Assembly: GCF_009914755.1 (NCBI RefSeq)
Contig: NC_060925.1
DNA from: the human T2T-CHM13v2.0 reference genome, Homo sapiens
Direction: 5' to 3' (one strand)
DNA length: 64,000 nt
Positions 45,241 to 64,000 of the stretch are shown one piece after another. The first letter of the stretch is position 1, and each line of letters starts with the position of its first letter. Under the pieces are notes generated by a model. It worked only from the letters and a program-made list of their open reading frames with translations, was not told the origin of the DNA and searched no databases. The position numbers and the translations under genes were made by a program.

Positions 45241-46373
45241 GATTCCTTATTTGAAAAAGGAGATTGGTTAGTGCTTAACATGAAATTTAGATATAGATGT
45301 TGTTTACCATATTTTCTTAGCAGGTAATTGAGAAATGCATCTATTTTAAGCATTTTCTCTTTGATGACATTTTCAAAAATAGACTTTGAATTTTTTTTGT
45401 AGGCTCTTATAGAAAAAGTTGAGCATAGATACTGTATATTTTGTTCTAGGGAAAAACTCAGAAGTACTAGATATCTGAAATCCAAGGATGGAGAAATTAA
45501 CAAACACCATAACAGTCAAAAAATACAAGAACTTGAGCTCTTTCCTTCAATTGCAAGCTTGGGCTTGTCCTTGGCCTTGGTTGATCTGTCCCAGGTGTGG
45601 TATAGGTTGGCTCTTTCCTTGACTGGTTCATTTCTGTTCCTTCTCTAGCAGCAGGTATTAGATTATGGTGTATGAAAAGGGAATATAGTAAATCTGGAGC
45701 TAACCAATACAAGCAATCAGAAGTCTTAATTATCAGAGCATTTCTTATGGTTACTCCCCTTTTAGAAGAAAGTGAATAACAGACAAACTAATATTGCAGT
45801 CTTTGAGAAAAAAAAAGAGAGATGAAAGTCTATCTTAAAAGAACCTTTGTCTTAGTGAGAACATATTCGGCCCAGTCCAATCTCTTACACCAGGGCTCAA
45901 ATTTACAGGGACACAGAGTTTGACACCATTCCCTCCATAGGCCTCCTATACTACACTTTCCAAATATCAGTAGAATGCCTGTGGTATAGCAGCTGAGTCC
46001 TGGCTCTAGCATATTTCTGCTCTGAAATGTGGACCATGTCTTCCTAGACAGAGGTTGAAATGGTCAGCTGTTGACATAACCACTTACTTCTCTCAAAGTT
46101 TCATGAGTCTCTTTAGCACCAATCTACACCTCACCCTGCCCCTATCCCTTTCCCATCATCAGTTTTCTTCTTCCCTGACTCAGGATTATTACGGCACCTT
46201 CTCCCCAACTACAAAAAAAAGTTGGAACTCTCTGTCCTACTCTTTCTCTGAGACTATGTTCAGAATGGTGGTACCAGCAGAGAAGGATCCTTGGATCTCA
46301 AACATCAATAAGAATAACAAAAATATTAACGATGAAACTCCAGAGTATAGTAGTGTTCTCTTTCTTATCCTGA

Positions 46374-46771
<398 letters not shown>

Positions 46772-49399
46772 TAAGTGTATTCTTTGAACTATGTATTTCA
46801 CAGTAAAAAATAAAATAATAGTAAAAGGAATGTCAGCATTGAACCAACGGTGTATATTCTCTGGTAACTTGTGTCTCACATTGTGGGGAACAGCAAGTGA
46901 GTCACGCTCTGTGATTCTCACTTGTAGAACAAGGAAAGCCACAAAGTGCTAGACATGAGTTTTAATACCTACACCCCTGTTATTTACTATGGAGTAGTCA
47001 TCAATTGATTTTCAAAGCCGTTTATTAAACATTTTGGTATTCTCAATCTTCAGTGCATTTCAAGACCAAGAAGAAGACTACATCATTGCCATTTGCTAAA
47101 TTCCTTAAAGGGAGTAAGAACTAGCCAATGATTAATTGGCTTTGGATTTCTCAAATGGATTCATAGCTCATGGAAACAAGTACCTTACCATGTAACAGAA
47201 AGAACCTTCAACTACTTGCCTCTTGAGTGGCAACACCCAACAATGTCAAAGAAAAATTCTTGACTAAAATTATTGACCACTTGAGAAGGGCAAAATGCAT
47301 ATACAGAGATTATAAATATATGTGTGAATGTGTGTTGTGTGTGACAGTGAAAAATGGACCTCTTAGTCATACACACGCAAGCACGCACAACATAAAAATC
47401 TTTTGTCAAAAATGTTTAATATAACAAAAAAGCAGTTAATTTTTTATTTTGAAGCCATGATTATGGTGGTAACCAGGACAGACCTCCAAGGTATGTAGTT
47501 TTTTCTGGATAGCTGCTAATCAGGTATGCCAGGTTAAACAGTGCCTTAGCGTGTTGTCTCATATCCCTGATTTTTCAGTGATTGCCATGAATTAATTTAC
47601 TTCTACCCTAAGCTAAAGTCAGACCAGAGGTCTATTGCTGCTCTGGGCTATACATCTGTTTACTCACATTTTTGATAGGATAGCTTGCAAAAGTTCAGAA
47701 TTAAAATTTGTTTAATATTTAAGAAAACAGTAAGGCCAATTTAAAATATTTCTAAAAAACTGCTAAATTATGGTGAATTTTCAGTCCTAAAGTGAACAGC
47801 AAATGATAATTGATTCACTATTATAATTGAAAAATGTTGGTATTTCAAGCAGGGTAGCCCAGGGGTGACCACCATACTCTCATGCTTTTGTTTTTATATA
47901 GATGGAAAAGAACTCATTCTCATTTTTTTAAATGATGGTTTCATTTCTCTTCTTCATAAAAATAAAACAATATAACATAAAACAAAGCATTATCTTGTAC
48001 TCAGAAGAAAAATGAACATTTTATTCTTCAAATGCTAAATCTTTCCTCATAGAAACACAACCCAAAAAACAAAAAAAAGTAACAGATACTTCATTATTCA
48101 TGGAAAATGATTCTAGAGTGAAATCTACTGTTGGCTTCTCATCCTTCTTTTATGAGATTAAGACTTGGGAGTGGAACAACTCAGCCTCAGCGCAGTATAC
48201 ACCACAACCATAATTTCCCTTTCTTTGGCTCCTGGCAGTGTTAAAATCCTTTAAGACCTTTCCTAGAAGGCTCTCCTGCTCAGGCAGCTTTAGCAATACA
48301 TCTCCTACTAACCTTTCTGCCTGCTTCCGCTCCCAGCCTCCTGTCTGCTGGATCTCTCATATCTATTACAGCTGAGTCAGTCCTTTCCCCTCAAATCTTC
48401 CAAAGAGTACCGTGGAGGGTAATTCACTTGCATAATTGGCTCAAGAGATGAAAATCTTGTATCGGCCTCTCTTAGCCACTAATCTATCCAGCTGACTGCA
48501 AGCCTAATTGGCAGCTTGTTTAGTAATTTGGCTCCTAAAGTGTTGTATTGATGTTGGATAAACAGCCAATGGAAGGGGAGGTGACACATGCTGCTTCCCA
48601 TAGAACAGCTAGTGCACTCCGCCTCTGTCCCTATCTTGTATTCACAAGGCATTTATTAGTTTGTGATCACTCTTTCTTCCCATACTCTTTTCACCATTAC
48701 TTGACTAGCCAGCTGAGGGGCTGGGCTATTCTCATTATTATTAGGAACATTATAACAATGATAAGTTATGATACTGTCCTCTGTTCTCAGCAACTAATTT
48801 AGGGACATGGATTTTTGATTATTATTATTATGAACTCAAAGAACAGCATTAAGCACAGTTTAAGATGAGAGAAAGTGGTAGGTGTTACTATTCTTCGTCT
48901 AATATTTTAATTATTTCATTTACTAATATAGAAATGCTTCACTAATTCAGACTAGTCTATAATTTTATCTGCAATATTGCAGACATACTTCATGATACTT
49001 TTGTTAATTAAAATCAGTTTAAATAGTTAAGTGCATAAATATATGATGCACTGACATTTAAATAACAGAAATTTAATGTAAAACTAGTTTTTTTTTCCTT
49101 AAGGGATAAAAACTTTGTAAAGAATAAAAGACATGATCTGTTACTGACATGTTTAGAGGAGGAAGTGTTCTTATTAACATATGTTTTTAATTAAACCGAA
49201 ACATATTTCTTATGGAATGCTTATGTATCAAACAGTATGCATTTTCAAAAAAAAAAAATCTTACAAATAGAAAACTGTTTTGGCCCTGAAGTCAGACAGG
49301 AATGTTTATCTGCTACAATATAATCAGAACCATTTTTGGTCTTCCTACTAGAAAGCATGCCTACACAAAGCATGTGGTATATTTGTTAGGTATCTGACA

Positions 49400-49940
49400 T
49401 TCATTATTTATACTCTTCATTCAAAAAGGAAATTTTAATGGTCCTCAGAGAGTTGAAGTAACTTAACCTTGACCACACAGTGAGTAAGCTAGGATTCAAA
49501 CTTTGGTTAAGCTTACTCCAAAAGCCTACACACATTTCTTTACCTGATTCCCCTGATTCCCTATAAGAATTTTTAGCAGAGATGTTGTACAAACCACTAA
49601 AAAAATTCATTGAGTAATATATGAATTGCAATATTAGGTTCTCTCAATTTGTATATGAACAATATATCGCACTTTGTATATGGACAATATATCACAGACA
49701 CATTTGGATAACGTAGAATACAATGACGTCTGTAGCCCTTATACATTATAAATGCTTCTGTATCCATAATTTCTTTTGATCTTATCAACCTGAAAGGGGA
49801 GTATTATTGGCCCCATTTTGTAGATGTAACTGATGTTTGGAGAGATAATTCAGCTGCCCGAAGTCAATTAGCTAAAGAGTACCCCAGTTAGAACTTGAAC
49901 TTAGGACATTTGATCCCAAATGTTACCCTTTCAGCCGACT
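49400..49940 (-). mobile_element. Two MIR fragments (~49400-49520 and ~49790-49940)
   Basis: ctcagagagttgaagtaactt...gctaggattcaaac; tattattggccccattttgtagatg...gaacttgaacttagg. Confidence 0.65.
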
Positions 49941-49986
49941 GAACACTGAACTTGCAATATTATATCATCAACATTTTCTGATGCAT

Positions 49987-55571
<5,585 letters not shown>

Positions 55572-55759
55572 AACATTTTCTATTACATCATTTCTTTTGC
55601 CATATTTCCCCAACTGATTAAGGTTTTATTCTATTCACAGATTTCTAACTCCTGGTAAAAGTATAAATCTAAACAAGCATAGCAAATCTGAGTAAAGAGA
55701 GTATTCTAACTCCTGAAATACCTCAAGATTCATTTTGTTTGTTATAAATCCAGCTACTC

Positions 55760-57560
55760 TAGCTTTCTTTGGCTAATATTTAAATTAAACCTTATATTTA
55801 GTTGTATTTATGGTAAAAAGCATATACTGAGTTTTCTTCTTTTATCCATTATAATCCCTAAATTTAACAGATGTAGTTTCTCCATTTACATTTATCATGA
55901 TTACTAATATACCTAGATTTATTTTTACTATATTATATAATGCTACTAGCTTTGCTTTTTCTGTGAATTTTTATTTCTTCCTTTCTGGAATTTATTGCTT
56001 GCTTATACTATCTTGAAGACTATATGCAATATTTCTATCCTTTTAAGTGATGACCTTTAAAAGTCAACATGCATATCTTGTTTATTCTCTCACATTTTAC
56101 ATATTATTGTCCATCTTACTTTTACACATCCAAATTAATCATCTACATGGTCACTGTCACCATCATTATTACTTTTATACAGTCAATATTAATTTAGCTT
56201 TTAGTACACGCTCAACAATTTCTTTGCTCACCATTACTTCCTGAATTTCATTCGTTTTTAATGGATTCTGTTTTCTTCTACAAGAGGTATAAAATTTAGT
56301 AGTGGTCAGTCTTTATCCGAAATGACTTTATTTCATCCTCACTCTTGGGTAATAATTTAGCTGGATATGTAACTCAGGTTCACTTGGTTATTTTGTCTTA
56401 GCACTTTGGAAATATTCTCTCTTACATTCTCAATTGTACTGCTATTTTTAAGTTTGCTACCGGTACAATTTCATTCTTACGTAGGTTATATTTTTTCTCC
56501 TTGGCTGCTCTTAAGTCATTCTCCTTGTCTTTGGTGTTCTCAAGTTTTATTACAATGTGACTTTATTTATATTTAATATTTCTTGATATAGACTCGTACT
56601 TGTTCAATATGAAAATTCATGTTTTCCTTCCATTCTAAAAATTCTTATTTTCCTGAATATTGCACCATCTTATTCTCTCTACTCTTCCTTCTGTAAGTTC
56701 TATTGGACATAGGTTGAACTTCATTGTCCTTAAGTCCTTCAGCCTCTTTTATATTTTCAATCATTTTATCTCTCTGTGCTGCTTTTATGTAGCATAGAGA
56801 TCACTCTTCAGATCTCGCCTAAAATTCAGTGTCTTTTCAGCTGTATCTAATCTGTCATATAACCCATTCAGTGATTTGCACAGTTTTTAAGATATTTTCA
56901 TAATAAAATAATCTCAAATTTCTACTCGATTCTTTACCACATCTGTCTTTTCTTTGTCTACAATTATTTCCTTTCTTTTTTGAATATGTTTTTATAACTA
57001 ACTTTTTAGTTTTGGTTTATGAGATCGTCATTGGTAGGTTTTTATTTGTGGTGCTTCTCTGAGGCCTGGGTTGAAGGCCTGCACCTCTAGAGTGGCTTTG
57101 AATGTGCTTCTGAAACCAGTTTTTATGTTAATTTTTGGCTTAGTGTAATTTAAAACTAGAAACTCATTGTGAGGGCAGCCTCTTGGTCACAAATCTTCAG
57201 AGAGTTTTCTATTTGGAGCCCAGGCAGAAACAAGATTATTTATCTTCCACAGTGCCTGTGGGTAAGTTTTGTTTCCAGTCTGCCCATTTCTGATGATGGA
57301 GCTTTTAGAGGTTCTGACTTGATAAGGAGACTTACGCTGGGATCCCAGGCTTGACTCCCTGTCCACGGGGGAACTAACGAACATGCCTTAGGTTTTTGAG
57401 CTTGCCAGTAGTGTGAGTGAGTGTGGGGGCTGCTCAGGGCCATTTTGGTCTTGAACATTTCCCTTTCTTTCCTGTAGTCTCAGCTATCTTTGTAAAAAGA
57501 TGGCTTCAAATTTTATTCAGTGTTTTCAGGTGTTCGGTAGTTTAAGTGTTTTCTCATTAT
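55760..57560 (-). mobile_element. Old L1M/HAL1-like fragment
   Basis: tttatttcatcctcactcttg...taatttagctggatat...cttagcactttggaaatatt...ttctccttgtctttggtgttc. Confidence 0.6.
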
Positions 57561-60419
57561 TTAGTCTTTTATCAGGAAACAGCAATTCTTTTCTATCTTT
57601 TCTATCTAACACGTGTGCTTACTCTGTCCATCCTGTACTGAATGATAATGGAAAACTGTTTATTAAGATTCTACTAAAACACAACCGAAGAGTGGGCTGG
57701 TGGTGTATGTGTCAAGAGGTGAAGAATTGCATATATCCTAGGCTTTACTATTCATTCAGATAGAGTCTGGTTTTAAAATTAATAACAATCCCCTTGGAAA
57801 AGTCTGCCTGTTTTAAAATCTTGAAAGAGCTACAATAATCTACAGCAGCTATATGCACCCAGGGATAGCAGCAAATAAAAATATAATTATTGATAAGATA
57901 AATTTGGACAAATAAAATCTAGTACCTTGAAAAGGAGCTTGGTTGCACCACACATTTCTGATTATATTTGGCATGACTTTTAATTGCAAATGAGCCTTTA
58001 AAAAGTCTTCACTCATTATTATTATTTACAACCTGCCTTCACTGCCTTAAATATTCAAGAAGATTATTTTCCTATTGAAATATCAGTAGGACGTGGAGAA
58101 AAAAGTTGAAAAGTCACAAAAAGCTGTAATGTAACCTCTTGCCAGAACTCACATGTTCATGAAAAAAACTACCCTGGAACAATATGCATATCAAGACATT
58201 AAACTTCAAAAGGCATTTCACTTCTATACTTAAAATGTATAGAAAAAAGGCTGACTCCTTATAATAAATATTTTACTATGACATTATTTCAATAGAAAGC
58301 AAAATAGTAATAGGCAATATTAATTGTGGATAACATTGAATTTTCATACTGTACAGTGGACAAAATTTTTTAAAAATATAGTAGCCATAATATCTCAAAA
58401 AAGGAACTTAAATCTTTTTACTATTAAATCCTCAATAAGCTATGCCTTCTACCAAAAACATGGACCACAACCAACATTGCTAACGCCTTTTTAAAAAGTG
58501 TTAATAATATTCCTCTTATTTTGTTCACTGCTTTTCTTCACCTTTACAGATGACATTTTTCAAACTATAAAATGCATTCTGCTGGCAAACCTTCTTGCTT
58601 CGATAGTTCTCAATTTTATAATAGTAAATCTACATCCTTTGCTACTGAGACATCCACTAAGTTTCATTATGTGACTTTGAATGACGCAGAGAACAAGCTA
58701 TACATTAAAAAAATCAATATCTAACCTTATCAATATTCATTTTCCTTTGTCAATACAAAATACAAAGGTGAAAGAGCAGTAAATAAGCTAAAGCACTGAA
58801 ATAAATTTGGTGTTCCTGTCACAATTAATAAATGTTCAAATGACAACACTGCTGGTTAGTCTAGCGCTTTCTAAAGCGACTGAAATTATGCTTCAAAGCT
58901 ATTGCTAAAAGAGGGTGAGAAAAATTTTCAATACACTAGCAGGTAAACGTAATCAATTCTGGGTTATTAATTTCATAGGAGGCTTTAAATCTTTTATTAA
59001 AAGTGTTATTTATTATGAATACAATTTATCTTCAGTCATAAATTGTTATACAAATGCAGTTTTGGATTTAAAGTGCCTAATTATAGTTTTCTGACAATTT
59101 TTTGGTAAATCCTTTCTAAACTCGCTGTTTGATTATATAATATTTCACATATAAATCAGAGGGGATTATCAAACAATACTCAAGCTGTCAGTCTTTTAAC
59201 TCTTACTCCCTATTTCAAATAAAAGACTGTTATCATCTGCATTTTTCTTGTTTAGAGTTAATGCTGACTAAAGGCAAAAGAAACTACGAAAATATATCTC
59301 AACTCAATGTGTTTTTCAGGAGTTCTGCAAGGGCCTATAAAAGGGCAAGAATATTGTCCTTAGCTAAAAATCAGAAGTTTACAAATATAACTAACTCTTT
59401 ATTATGTGACTGACTCTTTTTCAGAATTTGAAAACTGTAATTTTCAGAGACAAGATGATCTAGGATTCATGCCCTCATTATCAAAGTGTATTTATGCAAA
59501 ACCATTTCTTACTTGAATTTGGATAATAATCTTCACCTTAGAGTTGATTCATTGGTATTAAAAGATATTCTATTTAAAACTGAGGACTTTAAGATAACCT
59601 CAATCTCTTCCTCTTAGAGACAAACAGTTATGCATAGATTTTAAAAATGCCTCGAAAATAAGTGATGCAATTCTCCTGCTCCACTACTTTTTGAGTAATT
59701 AAAAGTGCATTAAATTTCTATGAATTTTATCTTCTAAGTAAAAATGTAGTAATACCAACATCCTGAATATTAAGAAAATCACAATTTTGAAATATAAAAT
59801 CTGGTATATGCTGGTGTAAGCTTATATAAAAAAAACTGTTTTAGGCTAAAGTTCAATGTTTGTACCCATATGCCATATAAATGATTTCTTCTGATGTTAC
59901 TGAGTTGTAACGTCAAAATCGCCTTGCAGAAATAATTATATTATCCGCTCCTCAACCATTATGCATTTTCCTTCTCATTTCACATATGTTCGGAGTGTTA
60001 GGACGTGACCCCAGTATTTTCTTTTCCTTATTGCTGCCACTAAGGTGCTTTAGTAGAATTCCTAAGATTGTTCTTGTACTGTTTCTGCCGCTAATGGTTG
60101 AATCAATGAAAGATAAGAAAATTCAGGGACCATTCAACTGGAATGCAGATGTTAAAGAATCCTATACCTGCCTTATGAAAGATCTGAATTGCAAGACTGA
60201 TGACATGTGTTTCATCCAAAATGTGGCTACATGTTCCTGTATGAAGAGATATATTAGAAATATTTCATGAATATTCGCATTTCTACATAGTAATAGTTAG
60301 ATAAATCTTCTATAAAACTTAAGGCATATAGTAGTGCGTTTAAGTCAGCATATGCAATAGGACAATCTTTATATATATGTAATGTGCATATAAAGAAAAT
60401 ATATATATTCTTACAAAGA

Positions 60420-60660
60420 GGCTGTAAGTACATTGCTATGGAAAGAGCATGGATTTAGGTGTTATGCAGACCTAGGCTTGAAACCTTCCCTTGCGTTCAA
60501 TAATTCTGTCATCTTAGGTAGCTAACCTAACACTTCTTTGCATCTTCATTTTATGATCTGTAAGGTGATGATAACACCATCTCCCTCATACAGTTGTTAT
60601 AAAGATAAAATAATAAAGTTTCTGGTACACAGTAGGTACTCAACAAGTGGCAAATATTAT
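60420..60660 (+). mobile_element. MIR
   Basis: gaaagagcatggattt...cagacctaggcttgaaac...atctgtaaggtgatgataac...cacagtaggtactcaa. Confidence 0.78.
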
Positions 60661-60870
60661 TCTATACAAATACAAACGCACTCTACACACAGGTGTTTCC
60701 TAATCTTGAAAATTCAATACAGCCAGAAGATGATCAGGTATGCATCTAAATGCATAATTTTATAATCTAGTCCCTTATATGGAACAACTGCATTAGAAGT
60801 GCTCCAATTTTAAGTTATTCTTCAATTTTCTAGTGCTTTACTATGGAATAGGTTCCCTAATAGAGAACGT

Positions 60871-61211
<341 letters not shown>

Positions 61212-61959
61212 TTAAACTCACCATGCTACCCCACCCCCATAAAACCATGCATATACTTACATATATTTTTCTTTTTACTGTTTACTCTCCTGTTGATAGG
61301 AATCTTATTTTCATAGTCTATAATTAAAATCACTTTTCCTATAAAGGCTGCCCAAATGAAGCTAAGAGAAAATTTCTAAATGTGTATGGTTAAAGATCCC
61401 AGACAATAGGTCAAGGCTATTATTCTTTGTATCTACACTGAAAAACATTTTCTCATACAGCTTGCTGCATCACAAATCCATTATGGCTAACGGCTGTTTA
61501 TTTATATGTTGGTGTCTACATTTTAATGTCCACTTGGCTTCCTCCTATCACTGACTTTATCTGTGCCTCCCTTACCACTGCTCTTGCATGAGACTTTCAA
61601 TACATACTATTTTATTCACAACCTTCACTACAAGGCGAGTCTTTGCCCTTTCAGTAAGGCAGGCTTCCTGTCCTCTCCGATCTACAGTGACTTCCCTCTG
61701 ATCAGTACTTGTAGTCTTCTCAATACCACGCTCATTATTAGAATGGCATATTATTAGAACGACATGATTTTTGAGGTAGAAATGAGAGCTTTCGCAATCT
61801 AGTACTAATGTTGTCTAAAGAAGGAATGAGGAATCTAAGACTGCTACAGAACTGGGACTAGAAACCAGACTGCCACATTTGCTCAGTCAGGTGTCCATCT
61901 CCTACCACATGGGGTCTTGTGTTTTGGGGCTGCGGCTATACTTTTTGAATTTATTACTA

Positions 61960-62110
61960 TTAATCTCTTCTGGGGTTATTTGTCATTTCATCTATTTATG
62001 CCTTATTTTCCCAACAAGACTGTAAATTTATAGAGGCCAAAGATATAGCCTTTGAAGTTTTTGTATCCTTTTAATACCTTACACGAAATCTTGCATTTGG
62101 GCAGGGATGT
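61960..62110 (+). mobile_element. L2 fragment
   Basis: cccaacaagactgtaaatttatagaggccaaagat...tttgtatcc. Confidence 0.5.
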
Positions 62111-62249
62111 AACATATACGTTAACCTGGAAGATCTACACATGGAACATGTAATACACCCTGATACCACATGCAAATGATTTGTTTTCATAGTTTCTTGC
62201 AACTGTGCTTCTTCTTCATTGCAAGTGATTAAGAAGTATCTACATTTTA

Positions 62250-62420
<171 letters not shown>

Positions 62421-64000
62421 CTATTAACAAAGAAGAAAAAATGACACATAAATACACAGCTTGTATCATCTGAACCTAAATCAAAACGTTCTCAACAAAG
62501 ATGGAGCTGCGTAGTAAAATCACCAATCTTGTTTATATCGAAACATAATTACATTTGTTGACAAGCGTTCAGCAGCTAAATGCGCCATCATAAATTGTTA
62601 CTGGAATGAATAATATAAAAGGAATGCTTTTTAATTTTCAAAACTGGCAATCTTTCTGGCTCAACATAAAATCAAGCACTGTTGCTTCTGACAGGAAAAT
62701 AGCTAAGATTAATTATCTAAAGAGATCACAATATTGTTGCTAGGTTATCAATTGGTTACTAATGCTTTACTGTCAGAACAACATTTATTACAGGAAAAGT
62801 ATGATCAATTTCTTTTAGGATATTACGCAGCAGTGAATTCTCTTAAAACATTTTAAATAGAAGGAAATAGTGATGCTTCCCTTATAATTTATATGATTAG
62901 AATTCTTCAGTTAATTATTTATTAGCTGAGTGAGAAAACATAATTTGAATGCATTAATGCTGGTCTACTGCTATTTAACATTCTAACATGATACTGGATT
63001 ATATTTGTAAAAACATGATATATAAAAACCGAGAAGTGGACCTTCTGCTATTTTTGGAACCAGTTACTATATAATTAGATTCTTCTGTCTAATTTTGGTC
63101 TCCTAAATTGAAAAGTTATATAAAAAAATAAGAAATGGGCCAGTTAGAAATCAAGACGAATACAAAAAAGAAAGCATTTAAAGTCTTCAAACTTTTCAAG
63201 CTATAGAAAGATTCTGTGTTCATTTCCTGCATCATAATCCTTGATGCAGGGTTGGGATAGGGCCTGGGGAACATGAAGCAGAAATAAATGAAAGCATGTT
63301 TATGACAACCCATGTTCTTTTAGTAAGACAGAGAGATATCTGACAGTATCTTGAGGTTTTAAAGAAACTAATTTGAGAACAAACAGATTATTAGGAAGAA
63401 AAAAAGGGAAAAATTAACTAAAATTTATTCAGGTAAAATTCAAAATTCAAGGTATATATTTAAACACATATACTCATATGGTTAAATATAATGAAAAATT
63501 AGTGCTGGAGAGTACAGTTATTTCAAATATAGATTTTATTTATAAAGCACAAAGTACAGTCATAATTAATGATCTGAGTAATCTAAGGGCCACATGCAGT
63601 CAAAAAAATACACCACAAAACCTTATCAACATATCTTAACAGTAAATGAGCATTTGTCTAGTTTTCTTTTACCTTTTTATTGAGCGCATACTGTTTCTGT
63701 TACAAAATAATTATAATTATTAAAATATTTCAAAAAACCTTTCAAAAATTCATTCTGTTAATGACTAACTTAGCTCTGCTTGGCTCTCCAAAAGTTCATT
63801 AACATGCATGACTATAACATTTTTATTGGATTTTGAGGTATGGTCTTGGCTCATGATGCCAAGAAAAATGAATAGTTATGACTGTGTCTACTTTTTAAGA
63901 TTATATATACATTTTTAAAAAGTAGAATGATGTCACAGAGAAGACATACTCTTTTTGTACAAATTTAAAGTTATTCCTTTACTTATTCAGCAAACATTTA

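Noticed and set aside
63226-63250. 9-bp hairpin cctgcatca-taatcct-tgatgcagg
   Set aside because: Several stems of this length are expected by chance in 64 kb, and there is no other ncRNA hallmark.

Overview
Human (primate) genomic DNA, AT-rich and dense in repeats. The only protein-coding content I can support is the 3' end of GPATCH2 on the minus strand. It comprises an 89-nt penultimate coding exon (62309-62397), an ~17.9 kb last intron, and a terminal exon that starts at 44425, encodes the whole G-patch motif (stop at 44205-44207) and carries an ~4.1 kb 3' UTR with proximal and distal poly(A) signals. From memory this is chr1q41, with ESRRG off the left edge. The last intron holds a near-full-length, inactivated L1PA7-like element (+ strand) with an internal ORF1/ORF2 deletion. 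Bases 1-40000 are intergenic: Alus, L1M/L2/MIR fragments, a THE1 solo LTR, and several repeat-free islands with transcription-factor motif clusters. I found no evidence of a new multi-gene system, and nearly all ORF-track entries are repeat-derived or chance. The best leads are regulatory or mutational: (1) a 100-bp cluster of a perfect IR1, a STAT site and an ERRE/LRH-1 site at 33411-33511; (2) a poly(A)-site switch that would include or exclude let-7 sites and an Alu; (3) the L1 antisense promoter pointing at the G-patch exon; (4) two fold-back templated insertions. Repeat subfamily calls and old-repeat boundaries were made by eye and are approximate.
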